Shown here: positions 17,228-26,363 of the stretch, one piece after another
How the letters are laid out: the number at the start of each line of letters is the position of its first letter
Position numbering within the stretch: the first letter of the stretch is position 1
Source of the DNA: Acidimicrobiia bacterium
GTDB taxonomy: Bacteria; Actinomycetota; Acidimicrobiia; Spongiisociales; UBA11373
Direction of reading: 5' to 3'
Assembly: GCA_033722675.1 (NCBI GenBank)
Contig: JAWVYO010000002.1
Span: forward strand, 1-62,106
DNA: 62,106 nucleotides
The notes under the pieces: generated by a model
The model's database searches: none
Seen by the model: the letters and a program-made list of their open reading frames with translations, nothing else
Told to the model about the DNA's origin: nothing
Translations under genes and position numbers: made by a program

Positions 17228-17692
17228 TCAGCCCTGGACCTCGACGCGGGCGCCGGTGACGGCGACCTCACCGTCGGCCGTCATGGCCGGGCCGTCGATG
17301 GTGGTGTCCGGCGGGAAGAACTCGTACTCGCCGTTGCCGTTCACGTCGATGTGGGCCATGGGGAACACGAGGTCGGACGACTCGAGCGGCTGGTCGAGGG
17401 TCACGGCGACGTTGGACTGGGTGCCGGCGTCGAGGAGCTGGGAGTGGCCGATGACCGGACCGGGGCTCCCATCGGCGTTGCCGTGCACGGCGATGAAGCC
17501 GGGGGAGGGCAGGGTGATCGTGTCGACGACGATCGTCGTCCCGTCGGAGGTCTGTTCCTCGAACACGACCTCGGCCGGCGACATGACGACGGCGTCGCCG
17601 TCGTCGGCGGTGGTGGTCGTGGCGGCGTCGTCGTCGCCGCAGGCGGCGGCCACGAGGGCCAGGACGGCGAGCAGGGCGAACAGGCGTCTCAT
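17228..17692 (-). CDS. Secreted lipoprotein, function unknown
   Basis: MRRLFALLAVLALVAAAC signal peptide with lipobox, then a Thr/Asp-rich linker and a beta-rich domain. GAAGGAG SD 4 nt upstream of the ATG. Confidence 0.75.
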   Translation of the reverse strand: MRRLFALLAVLALVAAACGDDDAATTTTADDGDAVVMSPAEVVFEEQTSDGTTIVVDTITLPSPGFIAVHGNADGSPGPVIGHSQLLDAGTQSNVAVTLDQPLESSDLVFPMAHIDVNGNGEYEFFPPDTTIDGPAMTADGEVAVTGARVEVQG

Positions 17693-17772
17693 CGGTCTCC
17701 TTCGAAGGGGATCGTCGTGTCATTACCCGGGAGCACGCGATCGCAGACGGGCCGATGGGTAGGATCGACGAC

Positions 17773-18390
17773 ATGCGTTACCCCGAACACCTGCTGACCG
17801 ACGACGAGGAGGTCGTCCGGGCGTTCCGACCCCACTGGCGTCTGCTGTTCATCCCGGCGCTCTGGACGCTGCTGGGTATCGCGATCGTCGTGGCGACATG
17901 GATGTTCTGGCCGGAGGTCCCCGTCGTCGACTGGATCGTGACGGGCGTCGTGGTCGTCGCGGTGCTCCGGCTGGCGGTCTATCCGTTCGTCTCGTGGTTC
18001 TTCACCGAGTACATCCTCACGAACGAACGGCTGGTCCTCCGGAAGGGGATCCTGGCCCGCCGCGGTATCGAGATCCCCCTCGAGAACATCAACGACGTCC
18101 AGTTCTCGCAGAACATCATCGAGCGGATGCTGCATTCGGGGGACCTGCTCATCGAGTCGGCGGGCGAGCGGGGCCAGAGCCGGTTCGGCGACATCCCCGA
18201 GCCCGAGGAGTTCCAGAGCCTCATCTACCGGGTGCGGGAGGAGCGTTCCATGCAGCTCAGCGGCGGCGGCCGGGCCGTGGAACCCGACGGGACCGAGAAG
18301 CTCGAGCGTCTCGCGAAGCTCCTGAAGGACGGGATGATCAGCCAGGAGGAGTACGACCGGGCGAAGGCCCGGTTGCTCGACGAACTCTGA
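17773..18390 (+). CDS. Membrane bPH (YdbS/YdbT-like PH) domain protein with C-terminal SHOCT domain
   Basis: LTDDEEVVRAFRPHW followed by two TM helices and a PH-like core (GILARRGIEIPLENINDV). The C-terminal LAKLLKDGMISQEEYDRAKARLL is SHOCT-like. An alternative ATG lies at 17755. 17773 is preferred because TAGGAT-N7-ATG suggests a leaderless start. Confidence 0.8.
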   Translation: MRYPEHLLTDDEEVVRAFRPHWRLLFIPALWTLLGIAIVVATWMFWPEVPVVDWIVTGVVVVAVLRLAVYPFVSWFFTEYILTNERLVLRKGILARRGIEIPLENINDVQFSQNIIERMLHSGDLLIESAGERGQSRFGDIPEPEEFQSLIYRVREERSMQLSGGGRAVEPDGTEKLERLAKLLKDGMISQEEYDRAKARLLDEL

Positions 18391-18441
18391 GCGGCGCGTC
18401 CGGCGCGTCGGTAGCCTCGGATCCCCGACCCGAGGAGCGCC

Positions 18442-20061
18442 GTGCCACACATGATGGACGACTTCCCGCTGCTGCTGTCGACCCTCTACGACCGGGCGGT
18501 CCGTCTCTTCCCCGACACCGAGATCGTGTCCGTCGAGCACGATCGTTCGGTGGTCCGTCAGACCTACGCAGAGACCGATGACCGGGTTCGGCGTCTCGCC
18601 CGGGCGCTCGACGATCGACTCGGCGTGGGCGTCGGTGCCGCGGTCGGTACCTTCGCCTGGAACAACCGCCGTCACCACGAGCTCTACTGGGCGACGGCGA
18701 ACACGGGCCGGATCTGCCACACGCTGAACATCCGGTTGTTCCCCGACCAGCTCGCCTACATCGTGAACCACGCCGAGGACGAGGTGGTCTTCGTCGACCC
18801 GGATCTCGTCCCGCTCGTCGAGCGGTTCGCGGACCGTCTCGAGACCGTTCGCCACTTCGTGGTCATGGGCGACGAGGTCCCCGGCTCCTCGCTGCCGTCG
18901 GCGATCGCCTACGAGGAACTCATCGACGGGGTCGAACCCCACGGACCGTGGCCTCACCTGGACGAGCGTTCACCGATGATGCTCTGCTACACCTCGGGCA
19001 CGACGGGGAACCCCAAGGGCGTGGCCTACACCCAACGCTCCACGTATCTCCACACGATCTCGGTGCTCGCCACGGCCGAGATCGACTCGTCGTCCGTGGT
19101 CCTTCCGGTCGTTCCGATGTTCCACGCGTCGGCCTGGGGCTACCCGTTCATGGCCACGACCGTGGGGGCGACCCTCGTGTATCCGGGCCCGGACCTGACG
19201 CCGGAGGGCCTGGTGGGACTGATCGAGTCCGAGTCGGTGACCGTCTCGGCCGGCGTGCCCACGGTGTGGCTCGGGATCCAGCAGCACCTCATGGATCATC
19301 CCGATGCGGACACGTCGTCCATCGACATGTTCCTGTGCGGCGGCTCGGCGGTGCCGCGTGCCATGATCGAGTGGTTCGAGCGGGAGCGAGGGATCGAACT
19401 GCTCCAGGGGTGGGGGATGACCGAGACGAACCCCGTCGCCTCGGTGTCCTACCTCAAGCCCGAGCACGAGTCGATGGACCTCGACGAGCGCCTCGACCGA
19501 CTCGAGACCGCCGGTCTCGTGATGCCCGGCCTCCAGGTGAAGATCGTCGACGACGAGGGGGAGGACCTGCCCTGGGACGGCGAGGCGTTCGGCGAACTGC
19601 TGATCCGCGGTCCCTGGATCGCGGCCGAGTACTACCGGGACCCCCGCTCGCCCCAGTCCTTCGACGACGGCTGGCTCCGGACCGGCGACGTCTGCCGGAT
19701 CACGCCCGAGGGCTACATCGTCATCACCGACCGGGCGAAGGACGTCATCAAGTCGGGGGGCGAGTGGATCTCGTCGCTCGACCTGGAGCGGGAGCTGATG
19801 GCCCATCCCGGCGTCGCGGAGGCGGCGGTGGTCGGGGTGAAGCACGTGAAGTGGCAGGAGCGTCCGGTCGCCGTCGTGGTGCGACGGCCGGGCGCCGATG
19901 TCACCTCCGAGGAACTCCTCGAGCATCTGGGGCACCGGGTGGTGAAGTGGTGGCTCCCCGACCGCATCGACTTCGTCGACGAGCTCCCCAAGACGGGGAC
20001 CGGCAAGTTCGACAAGAAGGTCGTGCGGGACCAGTACTCGGATCTCCTGTTGGGCGAGTGA
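18442..20061 (+). CDS. AMP-dependent acyl-CoA synthetase / long-chain fatty-acid-CoA ligase
   Basis: YTSGTTGNPKGV AMP-binding motif, GWGMTE, TGDV...DRAKDVIKSGGEWIS and PKTGTGKFDKK. Confidence 0.9.
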   Translation: MPHMMDDFPLLLSTLYDRAVRLFPDTEIVSVEHDRSVVRQTYAETDDRVRRLARALDDRLGVGVGAAVGTFAWNNRRHHELYWATANTGRICHTLNIRLFPDQLAYIVNHAEDEVVFVDPDLVPLVERFADRLETVRHFVVMGDEVPGSSLPSAIAYEELIDGVEPHGPWPHLDERSPMMLCYTSGTTGNPKGVAYTQRSTYLHTISVLATAEIDSSSVVLPVVPMFHASAWGYPFMATTVGATLVYPGPDLTPEGLVGLIESESVTVSAGVPTVWLGIQQHLMDHPDADTSSIDMFLCGGSAVPRAMIEWFERERGIELLQGWGMTETNPVASVSYLKPEHESMDLDERLDRLETAGLVMPGLQVKIVDDEGEDLPWDGEAFGELLIRGPWIAAEYYRDPRSPQSFDDGWLRTGDVCRITPEGYIVITDRAKDVIKSGGEWISSLDLERELMAHPGVAEAAVVGVKHVKWQERPVAVVVRRPGADVTSEELLEHLGHRVVKWWLPDRIDFVDELPKTGTGKFDKKVVRDQYSDLLLGE

Positions 20062-20068
20062 GCCCGGC

Positions 20069-20884
20069 TCAGTCCGATCGGAGCCGTACGAGCACGCCGT
20101 AGTGGTCCGACAGCGTCGTGAGGGTCGCGCCCTCGTCGCCCTCGACGGTGACCGGCCGGTCGAAGATCCTCCGCCACGAGACGGGGTGGAACCCGCTCTC
20201 CATGACGTGATCGAGCACCGTGGCCCGCTCGAAGTGCACGAGGGGGTTGTCGGGGCACCAGGTGCAGGGCGCCTCCGGGTCGTCGGCGTAGGCGCTGCTC
20301 TCGAAACCCGACCGCAGGAGGTCGTAGTTCTCCGGGAACTCGGGATCGCGCCCGGCCCGTTCCGGCCCGCAGTTGAGGTCGCCGACGAGGATCACCGGAC
20401 CGGCGGCCTCGGCGGCGAGCCGGAGGACCGTCTGCACGTGGGCCCGGTGTTCACCCGCCCATCCCTCGGCCCCGGGATGCTCGACGTTGCGGATGTCGGC
20501 GGCGAGATGGGTGGCGAGCACCGTGAAGGGGCCGACGGGTCCGTCCACCTCGGCGACCACGACGGCCCGGCGGGTGAAGTAGCTCGGCAGCGTCACCACG
20601 CTCGTGGTGAGGAGGGGCCAGCGGGAGCGCAGGAGGAGACCGGTCGACCCGTCGAGGGCGTAGCCGGGCTCGGGATCGAGGTGGTCGTCGGCCGCAGTGC
20701 CGTGGCGGAGGGGGGAGGCGTCGGTGAGCACGTCGCGGTCGGGCGCGGACCAGACCTCCTGGAGGGCGACGAGGTCGGCGTCGAGGCGCTCCAGACGCTC
20801 GGCGATGGCACCCCGTCGACCGGCGGCATGGGGGATGAACCCGTCGAGGAGCCCCGTGTTGTAGGTGGCGACGCCGATCTCCAT
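20069..20884 (-). CDS. Endonuclease/exonuclease/phosphatase (EEP) family protein
   Basis: VATYNTG...LQEV...GDLN...LSDHYGV are typical EEP catalytic motifs. Confidence 0.85.
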   Translation of the reverse strand: MEIGVATYNTGLLDGFIPHAAGRRGAIAERLERLDADLVALQEVWSAPDRDVLTDASPLRHGTAADDHLDPEPGYALDGSTGLLLRSRWPLLTTSVVTLPSYFTRRAVVVAEVDGPVGPFTVLATHLAADIRNVEHPGAEGWAGEHRAHVQTVLRLAAEAAGPVILVGDLNCGPERAGRDPEFPENYDLLRSGFESSAYADDPEAPCTWCPDNPLVHFERATVLDHVMESGFHPVSWRRIFDRPVTVEGDEGATLTTLSDHYGVLVRLRSD

Positions 20885-20976
20885 GACGTCACCCTAGGGA
20901 CCGGGGCGGACCGCCTCGGCTCCCGGGGAGACGACCGTGCTGCCGGCGTTCCCGACCGGCCCGGCCCGGTGGGGGC

Positions 20977-21180
20977 TCAGCGCATGTCGAGCGGTTCGGT
21001 CTTCACCCTGACCCCGCCGTCGACACCCTTGAAGCGGATCTTGCAGAAGAACGGATCCTCGAACATCCCGAGTTTCTCGAGGGCGATGATGGGGTCTTCG
21101 AAGTCCTCGAGCATGAACCGGCCGGCGATGGGCTCTTCGTATCCGTCGACGTCCATGACGAACCTGAGTTCCTGGGCCAC
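20977..21180 (-). CDS. Small acidic hypothetical protein (67 aa)
   Basis: GTG start preceded by an AAGGGAG SD 7 nt upstream. Strong G/C third-position bias and balanced amino-acid composition. No family recognised. Confidence 0.6.
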   Translation of the reverse strand: MAQELRFVMDVDGYEEPIAGRFMLEDFEDPIIALEKLGMFEDPFFCKIRFKGVDGGVRVKTEPLDMR

Positions 21181-21486
21181 GACCGTGCTCCCTTCCCGTC
21201 GTCGACGTGACGAACCACGGTTTCAGACCTTCGGGCCGTCGCACCAGGGGAGTTCGACCCTGATCCGACGTCGATGGGGTCCTTCGTCCCGATGTCACCG
21301 CAGTCGGGCGGTTGGCGGCGGCAGCGCCTCATGCTCCTGACGCACCGCGGCTCCACGCCGTTCGGCCCGGTGGACGCCGACCGGTCGCCGGCTGCATCCG
21401 TCCGCCGGACGTGGCCTGCTCCGCGACGCCGAGGGGCCCCGCCGACCGCCGTCGGTGCAGGGACCGCTTCGGTACCCTCCGCAGCG

Positions 21487-21960
21487 ATGCCCGCGCCAGA
21501 CACTCCCGCCATGAAGGCCATCGCGGCCACCGACGTGGCCTTCGAGGTGACCGTGCTCGATCCGCCGCCCCGTTCCCTCGAGGAGGCGGCCGAACGCGAG
21601 GGTGTCGAGCCGGCGTCCAAGGTGAAGACCCTCGTCGTGCGCCGCTCCGACGACGACTACGTCTTCGTCTTGGTGGGCGGTGGGCGGATCATCGACTGGC
21701 CGAAGCTCCGCGACCATCTCGGCGAGTCCCGGCTGTCGATGCCCGACGCCGACGACGCGCTGCGGATCACCGGCTATGCCCGCGGCACGATCACGGTCTT
21801 CGGGTCGAAGCGGACGCTCCCGGTCGTCGTGGACGAGGCGCTCGCCGGCCGGGCCGTCTCCATCGGCGGGGGTGCCCACGGGGTGGCCATCCACCTCGCC
21901 GCGGACGATCTGGTGGCCGTGACCGGCGCCGACGTCGCCGACGTGACCAAGGCCGGGTAG
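21487..21960 (+). CDS. YbaK/EbsC-type aminoacyl-tRNA editing domain protein
   Basis: KTLVVRRSDDDYVFVLVGGGRIIDWPKL...GYARGTITVFG...VVVDEAL...ISIGGGAHGV matches the YbaK/ProX fold pattern. Start is ATG 21487 or 21511. The ORF part upstream is Arg-rich shadow. Confidence 0.8.
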   Translation: MPAPDTPAMKAIAATDVAFEVTVLDPPPRSLEEAAEREGVEPASKVKTLVVRRSDDDYVFVLVGGGRIIDWPKLRDHLGESRLSMPDADDALRITGYARGTITVFGSKRTLPVVVDEALAGRAVSIGGGAHGVAIHLAADDLVAVTGADVADVTKAG

Positions 21961-21988
21961 GAGCACCCTCCACGGTACGTTCGCCCCC

Positions 21989-22558
21989 ATGCTGGCCGAT
22001 CTCATCGCGACCGACGGCGTCGAGGAGCGCCTCGTCCTCGGAGGACCGATCGGGCTCATGGCGCTCCACGGGGGTCTCGAGGCGGGCACCCACCGGGTCG
22101 CCGGAGCCGTCGCCGAGGCCACCGGGTCGAGTTTGTATGCCATCGTCCAGCCGGACGACCACCGGTGGCACGTCCCCAGCGCCCGGCACGACCCCCGGGA
22201 CAGCGAGCGGCTGACACGGTTCCTCGAGCACGTGCGGCTCGCCGTGTCGATCCACGGATTCGGGCGGCGTCATCTCCCGGACACGGTGCTCGTCGGCGGC
22301 CGGAACCGGCGTGTCGCCCGCCACATCGCCTCGGCCATCAGGCGGCACACCGACCTCGACGTCATCGACGAGCCGGCGGCCATGCCGAGGGGGCTGCGGG
22401 GCATGCATCCCGCCAACCCGGTCAACCTGCCGGAGTCCCAGGGCGTGCAGCTGGAGCTGAGTCGTGGCGCCCGGCGCGACCCGGTGGTCGGCTCGCTCGT
22501 CGCCGCCGTCGCCTCGGTGGTGGCGGCCGAGTCGGGCAGCGTCTGCGCCACGGCCTGA
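21989..22558 (+). CDS. Poly-gamma-glutamate hydrolase-like (PghP/UPF0714) zinc peptidase family protein
   Basis: MALHGGLEAGT and VSIHGF motifs correspond to the His/Glu/His metal ligands of the family. NPVNLP...GVQLEL at the C-terminus. Confidence 0.7.
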   Translation: MLADLIATDGVEERLVLGGPIGLMALHGGLEAGTHRVAGAVAEATGSSLYAIVQPDDHRWHVPSARHDPRDSERLTRFLEHVRLAVSIHGFGRRHLPDTVLVGGRNRRVARHIASAIRRHTDLDVIDEPAAMPRGLRGMHPANPVNLPESQGVQLELSRGARRDPVVGSLVAAVASVVAAESGSVCATA

Positions 22559-22588
22559 GGGTCGCGCGACCCCGCTAGCGTCCGGCGC

Positions 22589-22945
22589 ATGCGGGCGCTC
22601 CACGCCACCTGGTTCTACGTGGCCGTCGCGACCACGGGCCTCGTCGGTGTCTGGGGCGTGACCCTGGCCCTCCTCAGGCGGTCGCCCGATCGCACCTTCC
22701 GGATCGCCTCGTACGTCGCCATCGGGGTGATGCTCGTCCAGATCGGCCTCGGGTTCGGCACCCTGGCGGCGGAGGGCGAGCCGAACGACGAGTTCCACGT
22801 CTTCTACGGCTTCGTGATCCTCTTCACCTTCTCCTTCGCCTACATCTACAAGGCGCAGATGGCGAAGCGCCCGGCGCTCTCCTACGGCCTCATGCTGCTG
22901 TTCGTGATGGGTCTGGGGCTGCGGGCGTGGGCCAACGTCGGCTGA
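22589..22945 (+). CDS. Small integral membrane protein (about 4 TM), unknown function
   Basis: Hydrophobic helices with coding-like codon bias. No family recognised. Confidence 0.55.
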   Translation: MRALHATWFYVAVATTGLVGVWGVTLALLRRSPDRTFRIASYVAIGVMLVQIGLGFGTLAAEGEPNDEFHVFYGFVILFTFSFAYIYKAQMAKRPALSYGLMLLFVMGLGLRAWANVG

Positions 22946-22985
22946 CGGTCGGGCCTAGCATGACCCTCCCGCGGAGGAGGATTCG

Positions 22986-23774
22986 GTGCTGCTCGAAGGC
23001 AAACGGCTGGTCATCACGGGGGTCCTGACGGACGACTCGATCGCCTGGCACACGGCGAGGGTCGCCCAGGAACAGGGCGCGGAGATCGTGCTCACCGGCT
23101 TCGGGCGCGGGCTCCGGCTCACCGAACGCGCCGGCAAGCGACTCCCCCGGGAGCCCGACGTCCACGAGCTCGACATCACCGACCCGAGCCACATGGAGGC
23201 CCTCGTGGCCGCGCTCGACGAGCGCTGGGGCGGTGTCGACGGGGCACTCCACGCCATCGCCTTCGCTCCCGAGGACGCCCTGGGCGGACGATTCCTCGAG
23301 ACGCCGGTCGAATCGGCCCAGACGGCGTTCACGGTCTCGGCCTTCTCCTACAAGACCCTGGCGGTCGGCCTCCTGCCGCTCATGCAGAAGGCCGGTGGCG
23401 GGTCGCTCGTGACCCTGGACTTCGACAACACGCAGGCATGGCCCGCCTACGACTGGATGGGGGTGGCGAAGGCGGCCCTGCAGTCCGTCACCCGCTACCT
23501 GGCCCGGGACCTCGGACCCCACGGCGTCCGGGCGAACGCGGTCTCGGCGGGCCCGCTCGGGACGGTGGCGGCGAAGTCGATCCCCGGGTTCAAACGCTTC
23601 GAGGAGGTCTGGGGCACGCGCGCGCCGCTGGGATGGGACCTCACCGACCCGTCGCCGGTGGCGAAGATGGCGGCCCTGCTGCTGTCCGATTGGGCGCCGG
23701 CGACGACCGGCGAGATCGTCCACGTCGACGGCGGATTCCACGCCATCGCGGCGTCGTCGGGGCCGGGCGACTGA
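22986..23774 (+). CDS. inhA: NADH-dependent enoyl-ACP reductase
   Basis: LLEGKRLVITGVLTDDSIAWHTARVAQEQGAEIVLTGF...SAGPLGT...GEIVHVDGGFH; InhA/FabI-like throughout. Confidence 0.9.
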   Translation: MLLEGKRLVITGVLTDDSIAWHTARVAQEQGAEIVLTGFGRGLRLTERAGKRLPREPDVHELDITDPSHMEALVAALDERWGGVDGALHAIAFAPEDALGGRFLETPVESAQTAFTVSAFSYKTLAVGLLPLMQKAGGGSLVTLDFDNTQAWPAYDWMGVAKAALQSVTRYLARDLGPHGVRANAVSAGPLGTVAAKSIPGFKRFEEVWGTRAPLGWDLTDPSPVAKMAALLLSDWAPATTGEIVHVDGGFHAIAASSGPGD

Positions 23775-23784
23775 GGGGAGCGCC

Positions 23785-25002
23785 CTAGGGCGCCCGGTTC
23801 GGCAGTTCGACGCGGAACGTCGCTCCGCCACCCGGTGTCTCGGCGTGGTCGATGGTCCCCTCCATCGCCTCGGCGAGACCGCGGGCGATCGCAAGGCCCA
23901 GGCCCAGCCCGCCGTCGGTCCCCGCCGGTGGGGCGCTGCGCTCGAAGAGGCGAGGCAGCACGCTCTCGTCGATCCCCGGACCGGTGTCCGAGACGACGAT
24001 CTCGACGACGTCGGGCCGGGTCTCCGCCCTGATCTGGGCGTGGCTCCCTGGGGCATGGCGCAGGACGTTCTCGATGAGGTTGCGGAGGATCCGGCCGAGG
24101 TGATCGCCGTCGAGCACGGCGGCGGCATCGCCCCGCGACAACACGACGAAGACCTCTGCCGCACCCGGGACCCCCGCCACGGCCTCGTGGGCCAATCGGG
24201 CCACGTCCACGGGCCGCATGCGGACGGGGAGCACGTGGCGGTCCAGGCGTGAGGCCACCAGCAGGTCGTCGACGAGCACCTTCAGGCGGTCGGTCTGGTT
24301 GAGCGCCGCCTGCACCAGGTCGGCGGCGGCCGGGTCGTCGTGGGCGAACTCGGGACGCTGCAAGGTCTGGAGTGCCCCGATGATCGAGGTGAGCGGGGTC
24401 CGCAGTTCGTGACTGACGATGGCGACGAGGTCTGCACTCAGCGAGGCGGCTTCCGCGGCCCGTTCCGATCGCCGGTCGGCCTCGCGAAGGCGGTCGACGA
24501 TCGTCACCGCCGTCGACACGTCGGTCCGCAACGCGCCGAGGGTGGCGGCTGCCTGTGGGTCACCGGGGTCGCCGACGAGGAGCACACCCGGGACCGCCGA
24601 GGTCCCGACGGAGACGGCCATGGCGGTCCCGATGCCCAGGTCCGAGCAGAGGTGCGCCCAGTCGCCGGCCGTGCGGGGACCGCGCTCGACGAGGACCGAT
24701 CGGCCGCGCAGCGCCCGCTGGGGGAGGGTGTCGTCGCCCGGGGCCAGGGAGACGGCGGGGACCACGTCCTCGATTCGTCCGGAGCCGAAGAGCGGCGGGG
24801 CGATCTCCAGGCGACCTGACTCGGGGTTGGCGCGCAGCAGCCCCACGGTGGGGGCGGCCAGCGCCGATCCGACGGCGGTCATGAGGGCGGCGAGCATGGC
24901 CCGCCCGTCCCGCCCGGCCGCGAGCGAGGCGAGGACGGCGTATCGCCGGGCAGCACCCTCCGGTCGGAGCCGAGGTGACTCAGCGTGGTCGAACAGCGTC
25001 AT
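23785..25002 (-). CDS. Cytoplasmic GAF-domain sensor histidine kinase (no adjacent response regulator)
   Basis: An N-terminal GAF-like region, H-box IVSHELRTPLTSI, N-box LRNLIENVLRHA, and G-boxes VSDTGPGI and GGLGLGLAI. No TM segments. The ATG at 25000-25002 is taken as the start. Confidence 0.8.
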   Translation of the reverse strand: MTLFDHAESPRLRPEGAARRYAVLASLAAGRDGRAMLAALMTAVGSALAAPTVGLLRANPESGRLEIAPPLFGSGRIEDVVPAVSLAPGDDTLPQRALRGRSVLVERGPRTAGDWAHLCSDLGIGTAMAVSVGTSAVPGVLLVGDPGDPQAAATLGALRTDVSTAVTIVDRLREADRRSERAAEAASLSADLVAIVSHELRTPLTSIIGALQTLQRPEFAHDDPAAADLVQAALNQTDRLKVLVDDLLVASRLDRHVLPVRMRPVDVARLAHEAVAGVPGAAEVFVVLSRGDAAAVLDGDHLGRILRNLIENVLRHAPGSHAQIRAETRPDVVEIVVSDTGPGIDESVLPRLFERSAPPAGTDGGLGLGLAIARGLAEAMEGTIDHAETPGGGATFRVELPNRAP

Positions 25003-25020
25003 TTGGTAGTCTCGGGCTCC

Positions 25021-26034
25021 ATGGCGACGGTCCTTCTCCTCTTCGGCGGACGTTCGGAGGAACATGAGGTGTCCTGTGTGTCCGCGGTGGCCGCACTCGA
25101 GGCTCTCGCCGGCAAGGGGCACGAGGTCGTGCTCGTCGGCATCGACCGGTCCGGTGGGTGGCACCTCGTCGACCCCGACCGGCGTCCGCTCGCCGCCGAG
25201 GGTCCCGATGCCTCCTTCGAGGTCCCGGGTGGTGTGATCGCGGCCGGCGGGCGTCGGATCGAGGTCGACGTGGCCTTCCCGGTCCTCCATGGCCCCTACG
25301 GCGAGGACGGGACCATCCAGGGCCTCTTCGAGATGGTCGATCTGCCCTACGTGGGTGCCGGCGTGCTGGGGTCGGCGGCCGGGATGGACAAGGACGTCGC
25401 CAAGCGCCTGTGCCGCGACGCCGGTCTGCCGATCGGCGACTTCGTCACGGTGCGGGCCGCCGAGTGGGCCGACGACGGCGCACCGGTCGTCGAGGCCGTC
25501 GCGGAGGGTCTCGGGTATCCGGTGTTCGTGAAGCCCGCCGCCCTGGGGTCGTCGGTGGGGATCTCCCGGGCCGACGACGACGGCGGGCTGAAGGACGCCC
25601 TGGACGAGGCGCTTCGCCACGGCCCGAAGGCGGTCGTCGAGGCGGCGGTGGCGGGCCGTGAGATCGAGGTGGCGGTCCTGGAGGGCCCGAGGGCCTCGGT
25701 CCCCGGCGAGATCGTCGTCCACGGCGGCTGGTACGACTACGACGCGAAGTACCGGGACGACGCCACCGAGCTCCTCGTTCCGGCGCCGCTGTCGGAGTCG
25801 GCGGCGGAGACGGTCCGGTCACTGGCGCGTCGAGCCTTCGAGGCACTGGAAGGACGCGGGTTGGCCCGGGTCGACTTCTTCTACGAGGAGGGGGGGCGGG
25901 GGTTCCTGCTCAACGAGCTGAACACGATGCCCGGGTTCACCCCCGTGTCGATGTTTCCGATGCTGTGGGCCGCCACCGGCATGCCGTACGCGGATCTCTG
26001 CGACGAACTCGTCGCCCTGGCGCTGGGATCCTGA
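25021..26034 (+). CDS. ddl: D-alanine--D-alanine ligase
   Basis: MATVLLLFGGRSEEHEVSCVSA...HGPYGEDGTIQGLFE...ELNTMPGFT. Confidence 0.9.
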   Translation: MATVLLLFGGRSEEHEVSCVSAVAALEALAGKGHEVVLVGIDRSGGWHLVDPDRRPLAAEGPDASFEVPGGVIAAGGRRIEVDVAFPVLHGPYGEDGTIQGLFEMVDLPYVGAGVLGSAAGMDKDVAKRLCRDAGLPIGDFVTVRAAEWADDGAPVVEAVAEGLGYPVFVKPAALGSSVGISRADDDGGLKDALDEALRHGPKAVVEAAVAGREIEVAVLEGPRASVPGEIVVHGGWYDYDAKYRDDATELLVPAPLSESAAETVRSLARRAFEALEGRGLARVDFFYEEGGRGFLLNELNTMPGFTPVSMFPMLWAATGMPYADLCDELVALALGS

Positions 26035-26061
26035 CGAGACCGACGAACGGGTCGGGCCGGC

Positions 26062-26325
26062 TCAGAGCTTGACGACGGGGCAGGTGAGGGTCCGCGTGAT
26101 GCCCTCCACCGACTGGATGCGGGCCACGACGAGCTTGCCGAGCGAGTCGACGTCGTCGGCGGTTGCGTGGACGATGGCGTCGTACGGTCCCGTCACCGCC
26201 TGGGCGGCTGCGACACCGGGGATCTTCTCGACCTCGTCGGCGACGGCGGCCGCCTTGCCGACCTCCGTCTGGATGAGCACGTAGGCCTCGACCACTTCCA
26301 CTCCTTCTGTGGGGGCTACCGCCAT
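26062..26325 (-). CDS. Stand-alone Lrp/AsnC ligand-binding (RAM) domain protein
   Basis: 87 aa: VEAYVLIQTEVGKAAAVADEVEKIPGV...VTGPYDAIVHA...IQSVEGITRTLTCPV. The rest of the 291-aa ORF is shadow. Confidence 0.75.
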   Translation of the reverse strand: MAVAPTEGVEVVEAYVLIQTEVGKAAAVADEVEKIPGVAAAQAVTGPYDAIVHATADDVDSLGKLVVARIQSVEGITRTLTCPVVKL

Positions 26326-26363
26326 CGATGCTAGCGACCGGTCGACGCGCCGGCCCGGGCGGG

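Noticed and set aside
21181-21486. The 306-nt gap upstream of the ybaK-like gene as another ncRNA locus.
   Set aside because: It has no promoter-terminator pair, no repeat and no tetraloop-rich helices comparable to 16166-17227. It is most simply a divergent promoter region for the small acidic protein gene and ybaK.
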